64,000 bases of DNA from an uncultured Candidatus Binatia bacterium. Its GTDB lineage: Bacteria; Desulfobacterota; Binatia; UBA9968; JAJDTQ01. The DNA lies in the NCBI GenBank assembly GCA_965213675.1, contig OZ243916.1, forward strand, positions 3,264,001 through 3,328,000. The letters run 5' to 3'. A model generated the notes under the pieces. It had not been told where the DNA came from. It worked only from the letters and a program-made list of their open reading frames with translations, and ran no database searches. A program made the position numbers and the translations under genes. Shown piece after piece: positions 18,962-30,945 of the stretch (position 1 is its first letter; each line of letters opens with the position of its first letter).

Positions 18962-19678
18962 TCAACAACCCTCGTTCCAGCGTGGATCGGAATACCTGTG
19001 CGCCACCAGCGCGGCAATGGCCGCGCCCGGCGCTTCACCGTCTGGCGCGGCGTCCCAGGAGCGCCGCAACAGGTCCTTGATGCGGGCTGCGGGCACGCCC
19101 AGATTGGTGAGAAAGGCGCGGTGGGCGCGGCGGCCGCGGTAGGCGGGCGCCTTGGGTGGATACGGCAGCAATTCTTCCACTAGAGGGATCGGGAAATCCA
19201 GCAGGAAGGTGCCGTGAAACAGCAGGCAGCGGCGCCGCCGCCGTTGCGCGTTGCCCGAGAACTTGCGCTGTCCCACCGCGAGATCGGTGGCGCCTTGGCG
19301 CAGGATCGGCAGGCCGGTGGCTTCGGCCAGCGCGCGCCGGTGGCGGTCCATGACGAACGCATTGGTGGAATCGATGCGTTCCAGCAGGCCGTTTCCCGCG
19401 ATGCGCAGCACCAGAGTGTAGCTCAGGCAGCCCGGCCCCTGGACCACGGCGCCGCCGCCGCTGCAGCGCCGCAGGACCGGGATGCCGCGGCTTTCGCACG
19501 CGGCGAGGTGGACTTCCCGCTCGCGCCGGCTGGCTACGCCCAGCACCACGAACGGCCGGGGCGATTCCCAGAACCGGAGCACTTCCCGGTCCGGGCACGC
19601 CTCGCATGCGTCCAGCAACGCCTCGTCGCACGCCAGGTTTTCCGCGGGCGTCGGAAGGGTCAGATCCAGGCACTTCAT
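18962..19678 (-). CDS. Lipoate-protein ligase A family protein
   Basis: ENLACDEALL, RRCSGGGAV, RKFSGNAQ and LFHGTFL. Confidence 0.85.
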   Translation of the reverse strand: MKCLDLTLPTPAENLACDEALLDACEACPDREVLRFWESPRPFVVLGVASRREREVHLAACESRGIPVLRRCSGGGAVVQGPGCLSYTLVLRIAGNGLLERIDSTNAFVMDRHRRALAEATGLPILRQGATDLAVGQRKFSGNAQRRRRRCLLFHGTFLLDFPIPLVEELLPYPPKAPAYRGRRAHRAFLTNLGVPAARIKDLLRRSWDAAPDGEAPGAAIAALVAHRYSDPRWNEGC

Positions 19679-19752
19679 GACGAGTTTCCGGTTCGGGCGG
19701 CGCGTGGCCGGGAGCCGGTCCCGGAACCCCCGGATACCCGTGCCACAAGGGG

Positions 19753-19782
19753 TTGACACACGCGGGCGGGGCTGAATATGTT
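19753..19782 (+). promoter_or_regulatory. Putative sigma-70 promoter of the PDH operon
   Basis: TTGACA-N18-TATGTT. Confidence 0.45.
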
Positions 19783-19837
19783 GCCCTCGCACGCACGGAG
19801 TCCGCGGCCGCCCTTACAACATACACCGCTCACGACC

Positions 19838-22572
<2,735 letters not shown>

Positions 22573-22573
<1 letters not shown>

Positions 22574-22731
22574 TGTCGTGTGCCGTAAACTCCTGCGATA
22601 ATTTGCGGGTCTATTTCGCCGTCGGCTGCGTGGCCCTTCCCAGCGTGGTGCCCGCCACTGCTCGTCATCGCGCCTTGCCGACAACAACAACTCCTGCGCA
22701 ACTTGTCGCAGGAATTTACGGAACACGATAC
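22573..22731 (-). mobile_element. Family-1 hairpin MITE-like element, 159 bp, in the aceE stop codon
   Basis: GTGTCGTGTGCCGTAAAC...TTTACGGAACACGATAC, CTAG/CCAG flanks, reverse-orientation core. Confidence 0.85.
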
Positions 22732-22804
22732 CAGCCTTGCGTTTGGGACATACGTTGACGAATCTGTTTGTCATTCTTGTTGCCGTCGGCCGCGTACCCG
22801 CCAT

Positions 22805-22828
22805 GGGGCGACCGCCGGTCGCCCGTAC
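22805..22828. repeat. GTAG-type REP palindrome
   Basis: GGGGCGACCGCCGGTCGCCCGTAC. Confidence 0.6.
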
Positions 22829-22885
22829 AAGGCCGCAGGCCGCCCGCACCAGTCATCGCGCGTTGCCGGCGCCATCCAGAGCTAT

Positions 22886-24175
22886 ATGGACGTAACGCTT
22901 CCCAAACTGGCCGAAGGGGCGGATTCCGGCACCGTGGTCGATATCCTGGTCGCGGAAGGCGAGCAGGTTCAGGTGGACCAGACGCTGCTGGAGCTCGAGA
23001 ACGAAAAGGCGGTGGCCCCCATCCCGTCCACGTCTGCGGGCACGGTGGCCCGGGTCCACGTCGAGGTGGGCCAGGTCGTGTCGGTGGGCCAGGTGCTGGT
23101 GACCATCGAGGAGGAGGCCGGGGCAACGCCTCAGGAGCCGTCCGTGCCGCCGGAGGCCCCCGCGGAAGTTCCGGCTCCAGCGCCGGCCGCCCGCGTGGCG
23201 GCTCCGGACGCGCCCCAGGCCGGCGTGTCTGCTTCCAGCAGCGACGCGCCGCCGCCGGCCTCGCCCGCGATACGCAAGATGGCGCGGGAGTTGGGCATCG
23301 ATCTCGCGCGGGTGAAGGGCAGCCAGCGCGGCGGTCGCATCGTCATGGCAGACGTCCGCGCCTACATCCAGGGGCTTCAGGGAATGGCCTTCAAGGGCGC
23401 CGCGCCTGTTGCCGCGCCCGAAGTCAACCCCGAAGTCAATGCCTTGCAGACCCTGGACCTGACCCGGTGGGGACCGAGCAGGCGCGAACGCATGTCGCCG
23501 CTGCGGCGCACCATCGCGCAACGCATGACCGAGTCCTGGACCACGGTCCCGCACGTCACCCAGTTCGACGACGCGGACATCACCGATCTCTGGGAGCTGC
23601 GCAAACGGCACGCGCCTGCCTACGAGAAGGCGGGCGCCCGGCTGACCCTGACCTCCTTCGCCATCAAGGCCGCGGTTTCCGCGCTGGGGAAGTATCCGGC
23701 CTTCATGACCAGCATCGACTACCAGGCGCTGGAAATCGTCACGCGGGACTACGTCCACATCGGCGTGGCGGTGGACACCGAGGCGGGTCTCATCGCGCCG
23801 GTGATCCGCGACGTGGACAAGAAGAACCTGCTGGAGCTGTCCAGGGAACTCGACGAGCTGGCCGAAAGGACCCGGCAACGCAGGCTGTCGGCGGACGAGA
23901 TGCAGGGAGCGACGTTCACCATCTCGAATCTCGGAAGCATCGGCGGTTCCCACTTCACCCCCATCGTCAACAGCCCGCAGGTGGCGGTGCTGGGAATGGG
24001 ACGGGGCGCACTTCGCCCGGTGGTGTGGAAGAAGAAGGTGACCCCGCGGCTGGTGCTGCCGCTGGCGCTCTCCTACGACCACCGGGCCATCGACGGCGCG
24101 GACGGCGCGCGTTTCCTGCGCGAGATCGTGCGCTGCCTGGAAGAATACGCCGAAGAGGACATCAAGCCGGATTAG
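22886..24175 (+). CDS. aceF: Dihydrolipoamide acetyltransferase E2 (single lipoyl domain)
   Basis: Lipoyl motif LENEKAV, PASPAIRKMAREL and catalytic SYDHRAIDG. Confidence 0.93.
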   Translation: MDVTLPKLAEGADSGTVVDILVAEGEQVQVDQTLLELENEKAVAPIPSTSAGTVARVHVEVGQVVSVGQVLVTIEEEAGATPQEPSVPPEAPAEVPAPAPAARVAAPDAPQAGVSASSSDAPPPASPAIRKMARELGIDLARVKGSQRGGRIVMADVRAYIQGLQGMAFKGAAPVAAPEVNPEVNALQTLDLTRWGPSRRERMSPLRRTIAQRMTESWTTVPHVTQFDDADITDLWELRKRHAPAYEKAGARLTLTSFAIKAAVSALGKYPAFMTSIDYQALEIVTRDYVHIGVAVDTEAGLIAPVIRDVDKKNLLELSRELDELAERTRQRRLSADEMQGATFTISNLGSIGGSHFTPIVNSPQVAVLGMGRGALRPVVWKKKVTPRLVLPLALSYDHRAIDGADGARFLREIVRCLEEYAEEDIKPD

Positions 24176-24207
24176 GAGTCTGTCAAAGGACATTGTTTAG
24201 GAGACCC

Positions 24208-25674
24208 GTGGAACCCATCCAAACGGAAATCGTCGTCGTGGGGGCCGGCCCGGGAGGTTATGCCGCGGCATTCTACGCGGCCGACCTGGGCAAGAAGGTG
24301 CTGTTGGTGGAACGGGACGAGCGCCTGGGCGGCGTGTGTCTCAATCGCGGCTGCATCCCATCCAAGGCGCTGCTGCATGCCACGCACGTCATCGACGAGG
24401 CGGTGCTTTCGGCGGTGCGCGGCGTGTCCTTCGGCAAGCCCAAGGTCAAGCTGGACAAGCTGCGGGAGTGGAAGGAGTCCGTCATCGGCAAGCTGGCCCA
24501 GGGGCTGGATGGCCTGTGCGCCCGTCGCGGAGTCCAGCGCCTTCACGGCCGCGGCCATTTCGAGGACTCCCGCACCCTGCGGGTGGAGACCGCCGAGGGA
24601 CAGCAGTTCATCAACTACGACAAGGCCATCATCGCGGTGGGCTCCAGGCCCGCCATGCCGGCCGCCTTCGACCTGGGAAACCGCAGGATCATGACCTCCA
24701 CCGAGGCGCTGGAAATCGAGGACGTGCCAGACCGTCTGCTGGTGGTGGGCGGCGGCTACATCGGCATGGAATTGGGGACGGTGTATGCCCGGCTGGGGAG
24801 CGAGATCGTCATGGTGGAGGCGCTGGACCATCTGCTGTCCGGCGTCGACCCCGACCTCGTGCGTCCCGTGGCCAAGGTTGCCGGGTCGCTGTTCAAGGAA
24901 ATCCGTCTCAAGACCAAGGTGCTGCGCATGGCCACCAGCGGCAGGAAGATCAAGGTGGCCATGGAGGTCAACGGCAACGCCCGCGAGGAGACCTACGACC
25001 GGGTGCTCGTCAGCGTCGGCCGCACCCCGAGCTATGAGGACCTGGGCCTCGACAACACTGGAGTGAGGATCGGGGCCAACGGCTTCATCGAGTGCAACGA
25101 TGAGCAACGGACCGGCGACCCGGCCATCTACGCCGTCGGCGACGCCAACGGCGGCGCCTTGCTGGCGCATCGCGCCACCAAGGAGGCGCGGGTGGCGGTG
25201 GAGGTCATCACCGGCGAGTCGAGCACCATCGCGGACGTGGTCATCCCGGCGGTGGTGTTCACGGAGCCGGAGGTGGCCTGGTGCGGCCTGACGGAACGGG
25301 AAGCCAAGGCGAAGGACGTCCCGGTGGACGTCGTCAAGTTCCCCTGGGGCGCTTCCGGGCGGGCGCTCACCCTGGATCGCCCCGAGGGACTCACCAAGCT
25401 GGTGCTCGAACGCGAGACGGAGCGCATCCTCGGAGTGGGCATCACCGGCGCTGGAGCCGGCGAGTTGATTGGCGAGGGCGTGCTCGCCATCGAGATGGGC
25501 GCCACCGCCAGGGACCTGGCGGAGTCGGTGCATCCGCATCCCACCCTGTCGGAGACCCTGACCGAGTGCGCCGAAGCGTTCTACGGTACCTCCACCCACA
25601 CCCCCCCGCGGAAGCGCGCCCGAACCGCCGCGGCAGGTGGCCGGCAATCGGCCTCGCAACCCCCTCGCGCTTGA
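24208..25674 (+). CDS. lpdA: Dihydrolipoamide dehydrogenase E3
   Basis: GAGPGGY, GGVCLNRGCIPSK and HPHPTLSE. Confidence 0.95.
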   Translation: MEPIQTEIVVVGAGPGGYAAAFYAADLGKKVLLVERDERLGGVCLNRGCIPSKALLHATHVIDEAVLSAVRGVSFGKPKVKLDKLREWKESVIGKLAQGLDGLCARRGVQRLHGRGHFEDSRTLRVETAEGQQFINYDKAIIAVGSRPAMPAAFDLGNRRIMTSTEALEIEDVPDRLLVVGGGYIGMELGTVYARLGSEIVMVEALDHLLSGVDPDLVRPVAKVAGSLFKEIRLKTKVLRMATSGRKIKVAMEVNGNAREETYDRVLVSVGRTPSYEDLGLDNTGVRIGANGFIECNDEQRTGDPAIYAVGDANGGALLAHRATKEARVAVEVITGESSTIADVVIPAVVFTEPEVAWCGLTEREAKAKDVPVDVVKFPWGASGRALTLDRPEGLTKLVLERETERILGVGITGAGAGELIGEGVLAIEMGATARDLAESVHPHPTLSETLTECAEAFYGTSTHTPPRKRARTAAAGGRQSASQPPRA

Positions 25675-25863
25675 CTTGAAAAACGTGATTTGTTACCGAA
25701 TTCTGAGTGACTCGCGGCGGTAGAGTCATCGGAAGTGGCCGTCGCCGAACACCATTGCGTCACGGCTGCCGCGTTCCCGGTATTGGATGAATCAGGACAA
25801 GAATTGGACAAATACAGAACCCGGCAGGACGCACCCCGGACCAGCATTCCCAGGAGGAAGTGA

Positions 25864-26127
25864 ATGACCTACGTGATTGCAGAGCCTTGTGTCGACACCA
25901 AGGATACCGCCTGTGTCGATGTTTGCCCTGTGGATTGCATTCATCCAACCAAGAACGATCCCGAGGTGTTCGAAAAGGAGAACATGCTCTACATCGATCC
26001 CGAGGAATGCATCGACTGCGGCGCTTGTGAGCCCGTTTGTCCGGTGGAGGCCATCTTCGAGGAGGCCGCGCTGCCGGAGAAGTGGCAGGAGTACACGCAG
26101 ATCAACGCCGACTGGTTCCAGAAGTAG
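25864..26127 (+). CDS. 7Fe-type ferredoxin (FdxA-like)
   Basis: [17 protein letters not shown] and [12 protein letters not shown]; RBS AGGAGG. Confidence 0.92.
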   Translation: MTYVIAEPCVDTKDTACVDVCPVDCIHPTKNDPEVFEKENMLYIDPEECIDCGACEPVCPVEAIFEEAALPEKWQEYTQINADWFQK

Positions 26128-26448
26128 CCGCGGCTGCCGCTCCGCGCGCGCCCTCGGGGCCGGCGTCCAGGCCGGCCGCCGCGACGCTCGTACTTGGTGT
26201 CGTACCTGTCATCCCCACCTCTCGTAGCTGTTCTTCCAGTACCTGTTCTTGTTCTGTCCCAGTTCCGGTGCTTCTCCACGATTCTCTTTCCTGCCTGCCC
26301 GTCCCCGTCCGTCTCCCGGCTCGAACCAAGACTATCCCACGCTGCCGCTTCGCACCGAAGGCGGAGGTTGGGACGGCGATCTTCCGGCGGAGCGAGGCTT
26401 CGTGAGCACAGGAACGAAGGCCTTCCGGCCATCGACGGGGAGGCTCGG

Positions 26449-27105
26449 TCAGTGTGGGATGGCCCTGACCCGAACCACTTCGTCATAGCCGAACGTGCGG
26501 CGGAAGCTCCCGGCCAGGAGGTCCTTGACGTTATCCATCGGCACGGTCCGTTGCGTCTCCCGCTCTATGGAGGTCACGTCCGCCCAATCCAGGCCGCAGG
26601 GGACGATCCTGCGGAAGTAGTCCAGATCCGGCGCCACGTTGAGTGCGGCGCCGTGATACGTGACGCCCCTCCTGACGGCAATGCCGATGGCGCAGATCTT
26701 GCGCGTGTCGATCCACACGCCGGTCCACGGCGCCCGGCGCCCGGCGTTCAGGCCGAGGGACGCCAGGACGTCGATGATCGCCTGTTCGAGTCCGGCCAGA
26801 TAGCGATGTACGGCGCGGCGCAATTTCGACTCGAGGTCGATGATGGGATAGACCACGAGCTGTCCCGGCCCGTGGTAGGTTACGTCGCCGCCGCGGCTCG
26901 TGGCGAGCACGGGAACCTCGCCGGCATCGAGGATGTGCGCCCGCGCGTCGCGCCTGCCGGTGGTGAAGACATGCGGATGTTCCACCAGGATGAGGCAGTC
27001 TTCGGCGCCCGCGCCGATCTTGCGTTGGAGAACCCGGTTTTGAACGGCCAGCGCGGCCTCGTATTCGAGGCGCCGCAGGTCGAGGACGTGAAGCGTTTTG
27101 GACAT
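26449..27105 (-). CDS. lipB: Octanoyltransferase LipB
   Basis: LVEHPHVFTTGR, RGGDVTYHGPGQ, KICAIG and IVPCGL. Confidence 0.92.
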   Translation of the reverse strand: MSKTLHVLDLRRLEYEAALAVQNRVLQRKIGAGAEDCLILVEHPHVFTTGRRDARAHILDAGEVPVLATSRGGDVTYHGPGQLVVYPIIDLESKLRRAVHRYLAGLEQAIIDVLASLGLNAGRRAPWTGVWIDTRKICAIGIAVRRGVTYHGAALNVAPDLDYFRRIVPCGLDWADVTSIERETQRTVPMDNVKDLLAGSFRRTFGYDEVVRVRAIPH

Positions 27106-27210
27106 CTTCCAGGATCGGCGCACTGGACGTGTTCCCCGTTGGCGCCGTTCCCTCACGCATAACACATCGTCAGGGCGAACAAACCCCGGTGTTGCCTGAG
27201 TTGGCAGCCA

Positions 27211-27369
27211 GTGTGGTGTCTGGTTAATACGCGTCATAATCTGCGGAGGATATTTAGTTGTCGGCAAGGCGCGATGACGAGCAGTGGCGTGTACCACGCG
27301 AGGAAGAGCAACGCAGCCGACGGCGAAAAAAACCCGCAGATTATGACGCGAATTAACCAGACACCACAC
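27211..27369 (+). mobile_element. Family-1 variant hairpin element, 159 bp, with replaced arms
   Basis: 36-nt near-perfect arms GTGTGGTGTCTGGTTAATACGCGTCATAATCTGCGG / CCGCAGATTATGACGCGAATTAACCAGACACCACAC around the family-1 core; CCAG/CTAG flanks. Confidence 0.85.
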
Positions 27370-27573
27370 TAGGAGATGTCCGGAAGGCAAGCAGGATGGG
27401 GCTTGTCCTGGCACGGTCTCGGGTGGCTTGTTCTTGACTACCGGACCACGCCGCATTATGAATCGAGACGCATCCGGGCCTGGATCATGGAAAGGCAACG
27501 CCTTCCGAGTCATCCACATCCACCGCGGGGCAGGGGGAGTGTCGCCATGGCGGTTCGCGGCAGAAAGACGGAC

Positions 27574-28620
27574 ATGACGCGCGATAACCCGCCGGCGGAC
27601 GCGGCGCCCCGGACGTTCCCGGAACATTTCGAGCGCCTGCGGCGGCGCTATCTTCCCGAGGTCCTCGCGCTGCTCGACGATGCCGTTCGCGAGGCTGGCC
27701 TGACTGGTTCAGGCCTGGCGGAGACGTGCCGCTACCAGTTCGACACGGGCGGCAAACGGCTGCGCGCGTTGCTGCCGCTGCTGGTGGCGGACTGTCTGGA
27801 AGAAGATCCCGCCAAGGCGCTGGCAATGGGCGCGGCGTGTGAGATGGTGCACAACGCGACGCTGGTGCACGACGACGTGCAGGACGGCGACGAGACGCGC
27901 AGGGATCGACAGACCGTGTGGCGGCGCTTTGGTGTGCCCCGGGCCATCGATCTCGGCGACGCGATGTTCTATTTCGCGGTGTTGCTGGCGCAGCGCGCGC
28001 CGGTGGCCGGCCAATTGCGGGAGGTTCTGACCCGGAGACTTCTGCTTGAGACCCTGAAGGTCATCGACGGGCAGGAGCAGGAGTTCGCGTTGCGCGCGGA
28101 GGCGCGGCCGACCATGGAACGGTACTTCGCCATGGTCGAAGCCAAGACCGCGCGCTTGTTCGTTCTGGCCATGGCCGGCGCCGCCGAGATGCTTGGCCAG
28201 GAAGGCCGGGTCATCGAGAGCCTCACGGAGGCGGCGCGCCACCTCGGCATCCTGTTCCAGTTGCAGGACGACGTGCTGGACCTGTACGGGGACAAGGGCC
28301 GGAGCGAGCGCGGCAGCGACATCGCCGAGGGGAAGCGCAGCATCCTGGCGGTGCATGCCCTGGAGCACGCCGCATCGGACGACGCCCGGTGGCTGCGCGA
28401 GGTGCTCGACAAGGAACGGGAGGGGACTTCTCCGGCGGATGTGAACCGGGCTGCGGCGTTGTTCGAACGCGCCGGTTCGTTGGCTTTCGCGATTCGGGAA
28501 ATGCGCGCGCGGAAGCTCGCGGCCGCGGCCGCGGTGGCGCCATCGGGACGGCCGCGGCTTTCGGCCCTGGTGGACGGGATGACCGAAACGGTCCTGGAAC
28601 CCATCCGCGGCCTCATTTGA
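27574..28620 (+). CDS. Polyprenyl diphosphate synthase
   Basis: GGKRLR, FARM VHDDVQDGDETRR and SARM FQLQDDVLD. Confidence 0.9.
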   Translation: MTRDNPPADAAPRTFPEHFERLRRRYLPEVLALLDDAVREAGLTGSGLAETCRYQFDTGGKRLRALLPLLVADCLEEDPAKALAMGAACEMVHNATLVHDDVQDGDETRRDRQTVWRRFGVPRAIDLGDAMFYFAVLLAQRAPVAGQLREVLTRRLLLETLKVIDGQEQEFALRAEARPTMERYFAMVEAKTARLFVLAMAGAAEMLGQEGRVIESLTEAARHLGILFQLQDDVLDLYGDKGRSERGSDIAEGKRSILAVHALEHAASDDARWLREVLDKEREGTSPADVNRAAALFERAGSLAFAIREMRARKLAAAAAVAPSGRPRLSALVDGMTETVLEPIRGLI

Positions 28621-28708
28621 TGGCGCGCATCCACCCTTTCCCGGGTGTCGCCCTGGTTCTCGATACGTCCGTGCCGATGTTACAGGCCACAGCACAGGAG
28701 TCACGCTC

Positions 28709-30121
28709 ATGAAGATGTTTCTCGCCGGAGAGTGGGTGGATCGCCCGAGGATGCAGGAGGTCGGCAACCCCTACGACGATACCGTGATCGACAGTGTTCC
28801 CAAGGCCGGACGCGACGATGTCGACCGCGCGCTCGCCTTTGCCGCGCGCGGCGCCGCCGTCATGGCGCGCATGACCGCGTACGAACGCTGGCAGGTGCTC
28901 ACCCGGGCGGCCGCCTTGATGGCGGAGCGGGTGGATGAATTGGGCACGCTCATTTCCGCGGAAGAAGGCAAGGTGCTGGCGGAAGGCAAGGGTGAGGTGC
29001 GCCGCGCGGTGGAGACGCTGACTGCGTCGGCCGAGGAAGCCAAGCGGATTCACGGCGAGACCGTGCCGCTGGACGCGGATCCCGCGGGAGCGGGGAAGCT
29101 GGGGTTCACGCTGCGCGTGCCGTGCGGCGTGGTGGTGGCCATCGGCCCCTTCAACTTCCCGCTCAACCTCTTGTGCCACAAGGTCGGCCCGGCCATCGCC
29201 GGGGGCAACGCGGTGGTCATCAAGCCCGCCTCGGATACGCCCCTGTCGGGGCTCAAGCTGACCGAAGTCCTGCTGGAGGCCGGGCTGCCGCCCGAGGGCG
29301 TGCAGTGCCTCACGGGCTCCGGCGGCGAGATCGGCGATCCGTTGGTGGCGGACCCGCGCGTGCGCAAGATCACGTTCACCGGCAGCCGCGAGGTGGGCGA
29401 GAACATCTGCCGCATGGCGGGCATCAAGAAGGTCACCATGGAGCTGGGCTCCAACTGCCCCCTCATCGTCATGCCGGACGCGGACCTGGACAAGGTGGCC
29501 GCGGCCGTGGCCACCACCGGTTACGCCAACGCCGGCCAGGTGTGCATCTCCACCCAGCGCGTGCTCACCGAGCGTCACGTGTACGCGGATTTCCTGAGCG
29601 TGCTGGCGCCCAAGGTCGAGGCGCTGGCCGTGGGCAGCCAGCTTGACACCGCCACGCAGGTCGGTCCCATGATCAAGGAAGCCGAGGCCGTTCGCGTGGA
29701 AGAATGGGTCCAGGAGGCCGTGGGCGAGGGCGCCCGGGTGGTGGCGGGCGGCTCGCGCAACGGCGCGGTGTACGCTCCCACGGTGGTGGCCGACGTATCC
29801 CGGGGCATGCGCCTCTCGCGTGACGAGCTTTTCGGGCCGGCCGTAGCGGTGACGCCCTTCGAGTCCATCGACGAAGCCATCGAGTTGGCCAACGACACGG
29901 TGTTCGGTCTTTCCGCGGGGATATTCACCCAGAACGTCGACTGGGCCATGCGCTTCGCCCGCGAGGTGGAGTCCGGCAATCTGCACATCAACTGGGGGCC
30001 TCAATGGCGCGCCGACGTGATGCCCTACGGCGGGCTCAAGGAGTCCGGCTTCGGCAAGGAAGGGCCGCGCTACGCCGTCGAGGAGATGACCGAGCTCAAG
30101 ACGGTGGTCTTTCACCTGTAG
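28709..30121 (+). CDS. NAD(P)-dependent aldehyde dehydrogenase
   Basis: PFNFP, FTGS, MELGSN, catalytic GQVCIS and ELFGP. Confidence 0.92.
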   Translation: MKMFLAGEWVDRPRMQEVGNPYDDTVIDSVPKAGRDDVDRALAFAARGAAVMARMTAYERWQVLTRAAALMAERVDELGTLISAEEGKVLAEGKGEVRRAVETLTASAEEAKRIHGETVPLDADPAGAGKLGFTLRVPCGVVVAIGPFNFPLNLLCHKVGPAIAGGNAVVIKPASDTPLSGLKLTEVLLEAGLPPEGVQCLTGSGGEIGDPLVADPRVRKITFTGSREVGENICRMAGIKKVTMELGSNCPLIVMPDADLDKVAAAVATTGYANAGQVCISTQRVLTERHVYADFLSVLAPKVEALAVGSQLDTATQVGPMIKEAEAVRVEEWVQEAVGEGARVVAGGSRNGAVYAPTVVADVSRGMRLSRDELFGPAVAVTPFESIDEAIELANDTVFGLSAGIFTQNVDWAMRFAREVESGNLHINWGPQWRADVMPYGGLKESGFGKEGPRYAVEEMTELKTVVFHL

Positions 30122-30164
30122 CGGCGATGCGGACCCGAAGGGTCGTGGGGAGGCTTGCGTAGAC

Positions 30165-30902
30165 ATGCGAGTGGACGGACGCGGACTGGACGAACTCCGC
30201 ACCATCGACATTACGCCGGGTTTCATCAAGCACGCCGATGGCTCGGCGTTGATCGAGATGGGCGATACCCGGGTCATCTGCACCGCTGCGCTGGAAGACC
30301 GCGTGCCGCCCTTTCTGCGCAAGACCGGGCGGGGTTGGATCACCGCGGAGTACGGCATGTTGCCGTCGTCGTCGCCCGCGCGCATTCCGCGGGAGGCATC
30401 GCGCACGGGTGGCCGCACCCACGAGATCCAGCGGCTCATCGGCCGCAGCTTGCGGTCCGTGGCGGATATGAGTTGCCTGGGCGAGAGGACCGTGTGGCTC
30501 GATTGTGACGTGATTCAGGCCGACGGCGGCACGCGCACCGCGTCCATCACCGGCGCCTACGTCGCCCTGGCGTGCGCCCTCGCGGGATGGACGGCCCGAA
30601 AAACCGTGCCTGAGCGTCTGCTCAGGGACAGCGTGGCCGCGGTCAGCGTGGGAGTGGTCGATGGCGAGGCCATGCTTGACCTGAACGCCGCCGAAGACAG
30701 CGGCGCGGAGGTGGACATGAACTTCGTCATGACCGGATCGGGGAAATTCGTGGAGGTGCAGGGCACCGCCGAGAAGGAACCCTTCAGCGTTGAGCAGCTT
30801 TCCCGGTTGATCGGTCTGGCACAGACCGGTATACAACGGATACAGGAGGTCCAGGAACGGATTCTCCAGGACTGGCGCGCCGCGTCGCGGGGCTTCGCAT
30901 GA
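30165..30902 (+). CDS. rph: Ribonuclease PH
   Basis: [39 protein letters not shown] and EVQGTAE. Confidence 0.95.
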   Translation: MRVDGRGLDELRTIDITPGFIKHADGSALIEMGDTRVICTAALEDRVPPFLRKTGRGWITAEYGMLPSSSPARIPREASRTGGRTHEIQRLIGRSLRSVADMSCLGERTVWLDCDVIQADGGTRTASITGAYVALACALAGWTARKTVPERLLRDSVAAVSVGVVDGEAMLDLNAAEDSGAEVDMNFVMTGSGKFVEVQGTAEKEPFSVEQLSRLIGLAQTGIQRIQEVQERILQDWRAASRGFA

Positions 30903-30945
30903 GCCGGGAAGCGCCCCGCGCTGTTCGTGTTGCCGCCTTGCTCCG

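Noticed and set aside
22768-24207. Apparent 480-aa N-terminal extension of LpdA in the ORF track
   Set aside because: It is an alternative frame overlapping aceF; the real start is the GTG at 24208 after an AGGAG RBS.
26130-26448. Pyrimidine-rich spacer between ferredoxin and lipB with small ORFs
   Set aside because: No RBS or motif support and no clear repeat unit.
27273-27307. GATGA...GAA core considered as a hammerhead ribozyme
   Set aside because: It lacks the CUGANGA/GAAA core and three-stem junction; it is better explained as tandem GA pairs.
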